In this document: piece after piece, positions 18,372 to 27,344 of the stretch
How the letters are laid out: every line of letters starts with the position of its first letter
Numbering within the stretch: the first letter of the stretch is position 1
Sequence record: OP599913.1
DNA: 64,000 bases
Direction: 5' to 3' (one strand)
Translations under genes and position numbers: made by a program
The notes under the pieces: generated by a model
Told to the model about the DNA's origin: nothing
Seen by the model: only the letters and a program-made list of their open reading frames with translations
Database searches by the model: none

Positions 18372-19130
18372 ATGAAACCCTTTCGAGTACCTGTTGGACG
18401 TCTCAGTAAAGATCGACTGGAATGGCTCATCCGTCATCGTAAAGAAAAGAAACGTGAATGTCCCTTTGGTGTTGCTCACTTCCCCAAAGGAACGATCGCG
18501 GTATTCGAGTCCCCAACCCAGCGTTTTCTGAAAGAGGACGAACGTGAGTTTCCTGGTCAGCGGTACGCAACGTTCGAAGCGGAAGTGGAGGGTGTAGTCC
18601 CCAACGGACCGAACAGTTGGGTGGCTGTTCTAAAGGACCGTACGGCGATTAACATCGACTGGGCGCGCAAGATCATTAAACGAGGGGAAGGCCCTCTCCG
18701 CGCCGCGGAGAATGACGTGGAGGACAACCTGTGGAAAACCAGAGCCACCCACCCCCTGGATCCTGACACCCACCTTCCCATCAACAAACACCCCAACCAC
18801 TACTACATCGACTCGATCTATCATGTTATCTACGGAAAATTGGAAGAGGTTAATAAAAATAACTTCGCCACTCATCTGATCGATGTGGATAAGTTGATTT
18901 CGCTGATGTGCGGTGATATCATTCGTCAGGCAACCTCCTGTGGTGATGGTGTTTACTGCCATTATCTCATCAGTAAGAAGAAGTTCCGCAAGATCTTCAA
19001 CCGTTGTCTGCCGCGTGCGCGCACCAGCCGGCGTAAAGAAGCTGAACGTCAGGCCAGGATCGAAGCATTCGAATACAACAGGTCGTTTGATGACCGTTAT
19101 GAAGACGATTACGACGACCCGGAGGTGTGA
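18372..19130 (+). CDS. Hypothetical protein
   Basis: 252 aa, AAGGA RBS. Confidence 0.75.
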   Translation: MKPFRVPVGRLSKDRLEWLIRHRKEKKRECPFGVAHFPKGTIAVFESPTQRFLKEDEREFPGQRYATFEAEVEGVVPNGPNSWVAVLKDRTAINIDWARKIIKRGEGPLRAAENDVEDNLWKTRATHPLDPDTHLPINKHPNHYYIDSIYHVIYGKLEEVNKNNFATHLIDVDKLISLMCGDIIRQATSCGDGVYCHYLISKKKFRKIFNRCLPRARTSRRKEAERQARIEAFEYNRSFDDRYEDDYDDPEV

Positions 19131-19364
19131 AGAAGTGTTAGAAGCCCCTTAACCTGAAGACCGCCCCACTCCGTCTTTAAAGGAATAACTCCTACGTGAA
19201 GGAGGGGATTCACGTAAATGCCGTTAAATCACACGTGTAGTCCCCAACCCTTCTCTAAACGGATCTTCGGTAGAAGCCGAACGGTTTACTTAATGGTCCG
19301 GTTAGCCTTTAAGCTACCGAGAGTGACAGATTAGATACCCCATCACTGTATTTTGGAGAAGGTT

Positions 19365-20348
19365 GTGAAACATAAAGAAACACCCTTTCAACGAGCCAGC
19401 AGCGGGCATGTCCTTCAGGTCGGTGACAACGGGTCTTGCCATGTGGGGGACAACGGCACAGCCATCGCTGGAAAAAATAGCCTCGCCACCGCTGCGAACA
19501 ATGGACACGCTGTTTCTGGAGACTATGGGACAGCCATCGTTGAACGCTTTGGTATCGCCTCTGCCGGAAATAAAGGCATGGCTATCGCCGGAGATTGCGG
19601 CAGTGCCACCGCTGGAGATCATGGTATCGCCACCGCGGGAAATTACAGCACGGCTACCGTCGGATACTTAGGGACTGCCATCGCTGGAAAGAAAGGGATA
19701 GCTACCGCTGGAGATTGGGGAACCGCTATCGTTGGACTCGATGGCGTCGCGTCTGCCGGAAAGAATGGTAAGATCCACATCCAGTACTTCGACAGTGAAG
19801 CCATTCGTTACCGCACAGCAGTTGGGTATATCGGTGAGGGCGGTCTCGAACCTGGCGTTCCCTACCAATTGGATGAAAACAACGAGTTCGTAAAGGGAGA
19901 TAATGCTGTGACAAAATTCTCTACAGAGGGTCGCGTGAATATACTCTTCCGAGGATTGGGTGTAGGTCTTATCAACGTCCAGGTCGTAAGGGTCACTAAG
20001 GGTATAGGACATCCCAAACCCTTTTTCCATATTGAGGGATCTGAAGACAAGGGTTACCGTTTGCTTCATAACGGGAGTGAATGGATTGATCAGGTCTTTG
20101 AGGCTAAGAAAGCTGTACTCTTCATTGAGTCCCTCTACCCCCCTGTGACACCCGATAAGGAGACCGTGAAACTTACGGTGTCTGAGGATCAGCAAATCCT
20201 GGTTAAAGTACGGCGAGTGAATAAGCTGGCCTTGGATGCTGTTGTGTTCCACATTGATACCCTGGGTGGTGCGTATCAGGTATCCTATACCGAGCAACTG
20301 ACCCCAGATTTCAATCAGTTGACTCATGTTGAGTTAGTGGTCATTTAA
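19365..20348 (+). CDS. Octapeptide-repeat (G-D-x-G-x-A-x-A) beta-solenoid protein with extra C-terminal domain
   Basis: GTG 19365 after GGAGAAGG; 15 tandem 8-aa units, then 'VGYIGEGGLEPGVPYQLD'. Confidence 0.8.
   Translation: MKHKETPFQRASSGHVLQVGDNGSCHVGDNGTAIAGKNSLATAANNGHAVSGDYGTAIVERFGIASAGNKGMAIAGDCGSATAGDHGIATAGNYSTATVGYLGTAIAGKKGIATAGDWGTAIVGLDGVASAGKNGKIHIQYFDSEAIRYRTAVGYIGEGGLEPGVPYQLDENNEFVKGDNAVTKFSTEGRVNILFRGLGVGLINVQVVRVTKGIGHPKPFFHIEGSEDKGYRLLHNGSEWIDQVFEAKKAVLFIESLYPPVTPDKETVKLTVSEDQQILVKVRRVNKLALDAVVFHIDTLGGAYQVSYTEQLTPDFNQLTHVELVVI
19422..19781 (+). repeat. 15 x 24-bp degenerate coding tandem repeat
   Basis: Recurrent GCCATCGCTGGA / GCCACCGCTGG / GGTATCGCC units. Confidence 0.85.
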
Positions 20349-20359
20349 GGACGTCAATC

Positions 20360-20605
20360 ATGGCTAAAAAGAACCTTAAGGTGTTCAAGACCCACGGGGA
20401 ATTCGATACGGAGGTGATTCGTCGTGCTCGACTTATCCTCGACGCCAGGGGTTACCGGGGGAAGATATGTGTGAACGCACTCGGTGAAAGTTCTGCGTGG
20501 AATAAAGCAGATCGCAATGAGGACGGTCATCGTCTGATCGACGACGACACTATCGCCGAAGTGGCTCGCTCGATGGTTTACGACACTCTCGATTACGGAG
20601 AGTAA
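20360..20605 (+). CDS. Hypothetical protein
   Basis: 81 aa, AAGGA RBS. Confidence 0.7.
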   Translation: MAKKNLKVFKTHGEFDTEVIRRARLILDARGYRGKICVNALGESSAWNKADRNEDGHRLIDDDTIAEVARSMVYDTLDYGE

Positions 20606-20615
20606 GTTTTAACAC

Positions 20616-20965
20616 GTTGACCGTATTATATACGGACAACATGTCGTTTTAATCCGCGTCTGCGGGTCCCGCCTGAACTTAAGGGTGATAAGGTGTGGTA
20701 CTCGTCGAGTATGAGCTTGGCAAAACTCATACTCCGAACCCTATGGACGGTATAGCCGCTATCGTCAAGTCACACTGTTGAGCTATTGACCTGGACTTCA
20801 GTCTCCTTTTCGGTGCTGTCGGCGGGAAGGTTCTCGGACGGTGAGGCGGCTTGTGAAGGTGCTAAACTAGCGCTGGTTGAACACCTAGCAAGTTAAGGGG
20901 AGGAGGGACAGCCATCGGCTCTAAGCAGGTGGGTTCCTCCTCCCCTCGCTCCTTTTATTTTTTTT
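20616..20965 (+). ncRNA. Candidate large structured non-coding RNA with its own U-tract terminus
   Basis: About 450-nt ORF-free gap containing at least 9 stems, including TCCCGCC/GGCGGGA, GAGTATGAG/CTCATACTC and GGGGAGGAGGGAC/GTTCCTCCTCCCC followed by a T-run. Confidence 0.5.
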
Positions 20966-21057
20966 GTCTTAATACCGTGTTACTCGACCGGTTTCTAACG
21001 GATACAGACTGTACGAATATTATGTCTTATCCCCCGACTTACCAAGAGGTTAAAGCG

Positions 21058-21534
21058 ATGTCGAAAAACAACGATCAGAAGAACCCCTCCACTCCTGAGG
21101 ACGAGAAGGCTAAAGCGGTAACCACCCCTCCGGTGACTCCTCCCGCTCAGCCAGCTCCCGCTACCCCTCAAACGTCTCCCAAAGCCTCGAAAGACGAGAG
21201 TGAAGAGGATAACCAGGACTTCGACAACATTCTGATCAATGTACTGTCGCTCTATGACAATGGGGAATTCAATAAAGAACTCCTTATTGAGATGGTGGAA
21301 GAAGTCCGTAAGGTTACCCGTCCGGGTCTTATCCCCGAAGAATACTACATCGATGTCGCCGTACAGCGTTATGTGGAATTCGCCAAACGCAAGAAGATCG
21401 ACCTGAAAAACCTGTCGATCCTGGTGGGTAATCCTGAAACCTCGGTAGAACTGCGCTCGCTGAACTTCTACCGTGCAATGGAAGGCCTGGGTCCGACCTT
21501 CTTCATGCCGTACATCATTGAGAGTAAAGAGTAA
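21058..21534 (+). CDS. Hypothetical protein with Pro/Thr/acidic N-terminal arm
   Basis: ATG 21058 with AGAGG RBS; TATG at 21021; biased codons. Confidence 0.75.
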   Translation: MSKNNDQKNPSTPEDEKAKAVTTPPVTPPAQPAPATPQTSPKASKDESEEDNQDFDNILINVLSLYDNGEFNKELLIEMVEEVRKVTRPGLIPEEYYIDVAVQRYVEFAKRKKIDLKNLSILVGNPETSVELRSLNFYRAMEGLGPTFFMPYIIESKE

Positions 21535-21543
21535 CACTGAATA

Positions 21544-21589
21544 AACCCCTAACCCCTAGCCCCTTTAACAGGGCTAGGGGTTAGGGGGT
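21544..21589. terminator. Bidirectional terminator between convergent genes
   Basis: ACCCCTAACCCCTAGCCC / GGGCTAGGGGTTAGGGGGT. Confidence 0.75.
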
Positions 21590-21606
21590 ATAACATTTAT
21601 TTTTGA

Positions 21607-24579
21607 TTAAGCAAAGGGATTGGTATCGGGACTGTTCTCTTCAGGATTGGTCCCATCCTCATTGCCTTCTTCACCCTCAGGAGAGGTTTCTTCTTCCTCC
21701 TCTCCTTCAGTACCTGCTTCAGAACCTTCCTCTTCCTCTATACCTTCCGGTTCTTCCTCTTCCCCGGGAGGGGTATTCTCTAAGGCGTTCTGATCCCCTT
21801 CAGGGAGATTCGCCTTATCCCTGGCTTCTTGAAGGTCTTTATCAGCCTTATCGATCTTCTTGGCGTGTGCCTTAATGACCTTAGCGTCCGCATCACGAGT
21901 CCCCGCAATCAGGGCTGCCAGGAACTCCCCGACATTCTGACGCTGACTCACAACGGCGTTCACCAAGGAAGCAAGACCACCACCCTTACCATCGTTAAGG
22001 ATGTCGTCAAATGGCATCGGGAGGTTATAGCGCCTGAAGGCTTCAACCGTGAGGACTGACTTCACTTGCTCGTTAATCGCTGTCAGGTTCTTGTTATTCC
22101 CTTCTCCATCATCGGATTCGGGAATACCCAAGAGCTCAGCAATCTGTTTCAGGTTACCCGAATGACCTGCCATAGCGACCCACGACTCCACCAGCTGACT
22201 CACCGTATCCAAACTGTCCTTGAGCTTAGCAGTCGTTTCAACAGAACTGGGGATCGGGAAGTGGGCTTTAAGGTTAGTCAAGAAGTCAACGAGAATCATT
22301 TTAATGATCTCTTCGTCAGACCCTTCCAGTTTCTCCTTACTGTCCGGTGACCAGAGTTTCTTATTCTCCGAGATCTTGGTCACCAACTTCTTCATTAAAG
22401 GCCCGTTCACGTGAGCATGCTTACGTTCGAAGTCAATAATGAAGTCTGCCAGGCGTTCTTGCCAGTTAACGATTTGGTTCAGGAGCATCTGGTGTTCAGC
22501 CAGGGCCTCAATCTGGAAGTTGTTCTGATCGTCACTGACATCCAACCAACTCCGAGACAGGTGGAAGTAGTTGGCGATCTTGTTCAACAGCTCCGTACGA
22601 CTATTCTGATCGACCGGACGGAAGATGTTCTTTTCCAATTGATCGAGCTGAATATCCGAGGCGGGGAAGTAAGGGTTCTCGCCCGCATTGACTTTAACCG
22701 TTAAGGAGTTCTCCCTCAAGGTATCCACAATCATGGGGACTGACAGTTGAGATGTTGAGAGAATACTGTGCAACCGTGGGTTCGCTTCAAAGAACGCCGC
22801 CCTGGTCGCCGCAATCCCCGCAAAAGGCTCTGCGTCGTTCTCCTGGAGGTTAATCGTCATTTGGGTGTGGGGTGTAGCCGCCTCCAGGTTCGCCAACGCG
22901 TCAGCGAGGTCTAAGGCCGCTAAACGGGCAATGTGCATTTTAGCCATTTGAGTCAACGACTGACCAATCCCTAAACGGTTATAGTTCAAGGCCATATAGG
23001 TCATTGCTTCCCCCGGGACATACAAACACCGAATCCCCTGTCTCCGGAAAATGCGTTGCAGGAAGATCTTGTTGGCTTCCTCATCGATCTCAATGCTGAT
23101 GTTCTCCCCACGACCACTGAGGACTGACTGCATGTACCGTCGAATGATATTCGATTTCGAGATCTCAATGAACTCGGTCATATCGAAATCACATTCTTTC
23201 CCTTCTTGGATTTGACGAAGCTGTTGAACCAGGTTGTTCGTACTACCGTTTTTAGGGCGGTTAGCAATCATACTGGCATTGCTTCGGTTACTCTGGTAGT
23301 ACTCGAAGTCATTCGTATTCTTCAGGAAACTCCCATCCCGAGGATCCGTGAGTAGGATAAAATCCGTTTGAGTTCCATTACTCCCGTTAATGTGAATCGG
23401 AATCACCGCTTCACTGGGAACCTTGTAGGTAATCCCCCGTCCATAGGGTGCGATCTTCAAGGCATCGACGGGTTTACTGAATTGAATGATCTGACTCACC
23501 GGATTCCGTTGAGGGAACAAACGGTTACTCAACTCGTTCAATTCACCTTCCGTTAAGTTAACGGTAGTGGCTTGAGGATCAGCAGGCTTCTTACGTTTGC
23601 GTTTCTTACCATCCGCATCCGTATAGTGCTGTTGATCATCCCCAGGGTTCGTACGAGCCACCAGAGCAGTTTGGATAATGAGGTCCAACCCTTCCGCTCC
23701 CGTTACCGCGGCAACATTCGACCGACGTTTACTTTCCTCGAACTTCTGGAGGTACAAGACCGCTGGGTTATCGGTCAGGGTAATATCAATCAGCTGAGCC
23801 AATTCCTTCGAGACAGAGTCTTTATCGTCTTCAAAGATATTGAATTCCACTCCAGCATCCTGAGAAGAAGGGTTCAGGAAAAGGGATTCTAGACCACTGA
23901 CGGTGTTATTTGTATTATGACGGGTTCTATTACCAACAAAGACACCTTTGTTCTTCACCCGGACTTTACCGTTGACGACTACGAACTCATGACTTAGCAT
24001 CTCTTTAGCCTGGGTCATGAACTGTTCGTTACCGGCAACATCCCCGGATTGCTCCGCACCGTTGATCAAATAATCGAGACCTGGGCGACTCAAGTTAAAC
24101 AGCACATAACTCCCGGTATTGAAGAGAATATCCGCGATCATTTCCCTCAAATCTTTCTCGATCTTATAGTCATTGGTATAGTAGCCATCCCAGATGGTGA
24201 GGAGTTCATCATGCAATTTTGCATTTTTAATAGGGGACGGCTGGGTGTCGTAGGTGAGGATCTTGTCTTGCTTCCCATTGGGGTAGAGTAGACACGTCTG
24301 CCAGATCAAGGTGGCTTTGTCGATATACGGCGTGATTAACCGCAAATCAGTAGCCGCGTTAATGTTGTTGCTGATGATATTACTCAGCTTTTCCAGTTTG
24401 TAAGGGTTAACCGTCCGATTACCGTTGATCTCATCCCGTTCAGGGGATGAACCGTTACGAGGCGTAGCATTACGCAGGGTCGCTGCAACCACTGGGTTTT
24501 GAGTCGTCAACGATTTACGCAAAGCAGCAAAATCCACCTGCGTGTTACCCTTGGACTGTCTACGAGATGTATCGACCAT
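21607..24579 (-). CDS. Putative portal protein (phiKZ gp129 / SPN3US gp81-like)
   Basis: About 990 aa from ATG 24579 (AGAGG RBS); very acidic C-terminal tail; divergent from baseplate gene as in phiKZ-like phages; G-x-E sites in the N-terminal third. Confidence 0.6.
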   Translation of the reverse strand: MVDTSRRQSKGNTQVDFAALRKSLTTQNPVVAATLRNATPRNGSSPERDEINGNRTVNPYKLEKLSNIISNNINAATDLRLITPYIDKATLIWQTCLLYPNGKQDKILTYDTQPSPIKNAKLHDELLTIWDGYYTNDYKIEKDLREMIADILFNTGSYVLFNLSRPGLDYLINGAEQSGDVAGNEQFMTQAKEMLSHEFVVVNGKVRVKNKGVFVGNRTRHNTNNTVSGLESLFLNPSSQDAGVEFNIFEDDKDSVSKELAQLIDITLTDNPAVLYLQKFEESKRRSNVAAVTGAEGLDLIIQTALVARTNPGDDQQHYTDADGKKRKRKKPADPQATTVNLTEGELNELSNRLFPQRNPVSQIIQFSKPVDALKIAPYGRGITYKVPSEAVIPIHINGSNGTQTDFILLTDPRDGSFLKNTNDFEYYQSNRSNASMIANRPKNGSTNNLVQQLRQIQEGKECDFDMTEFIEISKSNIIRRYMQSVLSGRGENISIEIDEEANKIFLQRIFRRQGIRCLYVPGEAMTYMALNYNRLGIGQSLTQMAKMHIARLAALDLADALANLEAATPHTQMTINLQENDAEPFAGIAATRAAFFEANPRLHSILSTSQLSVPMIVDTLRENSLTVKVNAGENPYFPASDIQLDQLEKNIFRPVDQNSRTELLNKIANYFHLSRSWLDVSDDQNNFQIEALAEHQMLLNQIVNWQERLADFIIDFERKHAHVNGPLMKKLVTKISENKKLWSPDSKEKLEGSDEEIIKMILVDFLTNLKAHFPIPSSVETTAKLKDSLDTVSQLVESWVAMAGHSGNLKQIAELLGIPESDDGEGNNKNLTAINEQVKSVLTVEAFRRYNLPMPFDDILNDGKGGGLASLVNAVVSQRQNVGEFLAALIAGTRDADAKVIKAHAKKIDKADKDLQEARDKANLPEGDQNALENTPPGEEEEPEGIEEEEGSEAGTEGEEEEETSPEGEEGNEDGTNPEENSPDTNPFA

Positions 24580-24601
24580 TCTTAACCTCTTCGAGCGAAC
24601 T

Positions 24602-26923
24602 ATGGACAATATTGAATTTAATGCTTATCTGACTGACGTGTTTCGTCTAGTCAGAACCATGGTCATCAAAATAGAAGCCATTGCCCTACGGGATAACAAA
24701 GTCCTGGAGGAAGCGGGTTATCCTGTCGGGTTGGATAAAAGGACCTGGCGGTACTACATGAACCTGAATGGGGACTACCACCCCAATGATCAGATCATGA
24801 CTATTACGTCGATTGATACCGGTGACGAAATTGTCTTCAATAAAGACAACTTGGTGACCCATTTAGCGACGGCCAGGGAGTATGCTACCGGGGGGTATTG
24901 GTTCAATCGCTTGGTTGAACGGTACCCGGGACAAGCTGAATTGATTCGCGGCATTATCGCGCCGATCCCCTACGAGGAGACCATAGAGGCCGAGGACTAT
25001 AAGATCCTCAAATACAATAAGGCTTTGGTACAGTGGAATGAGGACCAATTGATCCCTCAACTCCAAGCTTGGATCTACAGTGAAGTGGAACAAGTCTTCC
25101 GCCACGAATACCGGTTAACAGATGACTTGATGCTCCCTTTCGGGATTATGTTGCTGTATGCTGACCTGTTCAAAGCCATTTGTACCATTCGGCATGAAGC
25201 CATTGGGACGCGGTATGCTCACGATTTCTATATTTGGAGTCACATTGATTCCTACGGAGCGTTCTCCAAGTACAAGGAAAGTTTAGACCGGTATCAAACC
25301 ATGTGGTTGTACCGCAACATTGCGTGGATTGATAACAACCCCGGTCAGCAGTATACCTTTGGGAAGTTGATGGACAACCTCCTGACCCACGCACGTATTC
25401 CCCTGGCCAAGTTTGATATGGTGGAGAATACAGCGAATCAGTTGGAAGAATTGGTTCCCAATCCCCTGTACCGTAGGCTCCAGCTTAACTTGCAGGAAGA
25501 CTACGGTCGAGAAGCCACGTTTATCGATACCCAACACATGATCGATAAACAACAACCCTTGGCAAAAGAGAACCCTAATCAAGCGTCCATGTACTATCAC
25601 GACGCGTTGCAGAAAGGGAAACACAGTAACCATTCTGAACTGCCCACGAAGACGTTGGAATCCAAAATGATGGATTACACCAACCGTCACATCGATACCA
25701 AGATGTCGGTAGTCTTTAATGAATGGATTTACTTAACCGCTAAGGGGTACTTTAAAGGGCGTATTCTGGTTACCGATCCTAAATCCGGTAAACAGGTCAG
25801 ACTCCCGGTTGGGGATGCCTACTACGTGTGGCGGTACTTGGTGGACTTCGCCAGGGATCAAAAACCGGTCAACATCTGTCCGGCGTATTACCACAACGTA
25901 TTAAAAGCGATTCCTCCCACCCTGGAAGCCTTGATTGATATTGGGGGTCCTTCGTTCATTACGCCGATTATGGCGTATGACGTCCGTAACGTGTGGATTC
26001 CGGTGAACACCTTTATTGCACCGGAATACCTCATGGCGTATTCTGAAGAAGTCTACGCACTCATGTGGAAACACAAGAAGATGTCAAGTCAGTTCTACGA
26101 CTTGAACATGCGCGCGCGGATGGAGAACACCACGAAGTTCATGTACGAGTCTGGAATCGCCACGATCACGGACTTGACTACCTACCAACAACTCCTGAAC
26201 CGGTATGAGTTCGACTTTACGGAATACACTCCGGAAGAAGCCCGTAACTTTGCCTGGGAGATCTTCAAACGCATCACAGGTTGGGACAGCAACAATAACC
26301 CGTCCTTGAGGATTAAACAGTCAAACCTCATTGATATCATGATGCAGCTGTCGTCTTACACCATCCAAGTCATTAAGGAAATCGATGACGGCACGGACTT
26401 AACGGAGCTCGCCAGTGAGATCTTTATTGGGGATCCCCGGTGGATTGGGAAGGGAAATGGCGTCTTCGGGGATTACACCCATGTCCAGATGGATGTTCCC
26501 ACCCATTTCGATGGTGTTCGCACCGTTGAAGAGGTTCATCCCCTGGTTGAACCTATGATCCCTGAGGTGGCAGCGATTGCGGAAGGGTATGGGGTGGCGC
26601 GTAGCGATGATATCTTTGAACGGGTGGATCTCAGCACCAACCTGTTGGACTATGCAGTTCGGATAATCGATGACTCCTATTTCAGGCTGTTACCAGCAGA
26701 TCGTATGGGCCTCCCTGAAACTAATTATGGGCGTCTGGTATTCAAAGAGCTGCATAAGGAAACACTCGTAGGTCCAGCGGACTATGGCCGCCTTGTGTTT
26801 AAGGAGCTGAGTCCCCCGACGGTGATTGACCCCGCCAACTACGGCAGACTGGTCTTAAGAGGGCCGGTTACGGCGGTCACTCCTAGTGGAAGACTTCAAT
26901 TTAAAGACGTTAATAAGGACTAA
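24602..26923 (+). CDS. Virion baseplate wedge-like protein (phiKZ gp128-like)
   Basis: 'WRYYMNLNGDYH', 'HDFYIWSHIDS', 'LYRNIAWI'; start ATG 24602; C-terminal YGRLVFKE repeats. Confidence 0.6.
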   Translation: MDNIEFNAYLTDVFRLVRTMVIKIEAIALRDNKVLEEAGYPVGLDKRTWRYYMNLNGDYHPNDQIMTITSIDTGDEIVFNKDNLVTHLATAREYATGGYWFNRLVERYPGQAELIRGIIAPIPYEETIEAEDYKILKYNKALVQWNEDQLIPQLQAWIYSEVEQVFRHEYRLTDDLMLPFGIMLLYADLFKAICTIRHEAIGTRYAHDFYIWSHIDSYGAFSKYKESLDRYQTMWLYRNIAWIDNNPGQQYTFGKLMDNLLTHARIPLAKFDMVENTANQLEELVPNPLYRRLQLNLQEDYGREATFIDTQHMIDKQQPLAKENPNQASMYYHDALQKGKHSNHSELPTKTLESKMMDYTNRHIDTKMSVVFNEWIYLTAKGYFKGRILVTDPKSGKQVRLPVGDAYYVWRYLVDFARDQKPVNICPAYYHNVLKAIPPTLEALIDIGGPSFITPIMAYDVRNVWIPVNTFIAPEYLMAYSEEVYALMWKHKKMSSQFYDLNMRARMENTTKFMYESGIATITDLTTYQQLLNRYEFDFTEYTPEEARNFAWEIFKRITGWDSNNNPSLRIKQSNLIDIMMQLSSYTIQVIKEIDDGTDLTELASEIFIGDPRWIGKGNGVFGDYTHVQMDVPTHFDGVRTVEEVHPLVEPMIPEVAAIAEGYGVARSDDIFERVDLSTNLLDYAVRIIDDSYFRLLPADRMGLPETNYGRLVFKELHKETLVGPADYGRLVFKELSPPTVIDPANYGRLVLRGPVTAVTPSGRLQFKDVNKD

Positions 26924-26937
26924 AGGAGAAGAGTCTA

Positions 26938-27336
26938 ATGACCAAAGAGTTGAGACTCATTAAGGAGTCTTTTTGTCGTCTTCACGGGTTAGATAAGGCA
27001 ACGGCCTTGAACATTGAGTATCAAGGCCGTAATCCCACCACCCTCAATGCGATGTTCATCCTTCACGGGGACGGCATCCCTTGCACGCGGTATGAGCACG
27101 AACGCATCAGTTTGACACCCCACACCCTGAATCGTTCCCTGGACCTTGACAGCAGTCTTAAACTCCACCGTTCTGATATTAACGCTGAGATGATCAGCGC
27201 TTGGTTTAATACCCATACGAACGAATCCCTGCTGCCCCAGGACGTGGGTAAACTCATTATTGGAGACCGCGTAACAGTGATCTGTTCCACGGATTCTATG
27301 CGCTTTAAGCACTCCTTTTCGATGGCTTTTAAATAG
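26938..27336 (+). CDS. Hypothetical protein in virion operon
   Basis: 132 aa, AAGGAG RBS. Confidence 0.65.
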   Translation: MTKELRLIKESFCRLHGLDKATALNIEYQGRNPTTLNAMFILHGDGIPCTRYEHERISLTPHTLNRSLDLDSSLKLHRSDINAEMISAWFNTHTNESLLPQDVGKLIIGDRVTVICSTDSMRFKHSFSMAFK

Positions 27337-27344
27337 GAATCACC

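Noticed and set aside
19422-19781. CRISPR array or ice-nucleation gene
   Set aside because: Repeats are degenerate, contiguous, in-frame and without spacers; the consensus differs from InaZ AGYGSTxT; no cas genes
20640-20960. tmRNA, RNase P, SRP or group I/II intron identity for the structured region
   Set aside because: Lacks the tRNA-like ends with T-loop and CCA, the GAGGAAAGUCC P4 core, the SRP GGAAGCAG loop and intron P7/domain V signatures; kept as an unknown RNA
20929-21057. N-terminal extension of ORF 20929..21534
   Set aside because: The extension runs through the terminator stem and T-tract; ATG 21058 has the RBS
21544-21589. Telomere-like TAGGGG runs or G-quadruplex
   Set aside because: Only three G-tracts, and they are the 3' arm of a perfect terminator hairpin
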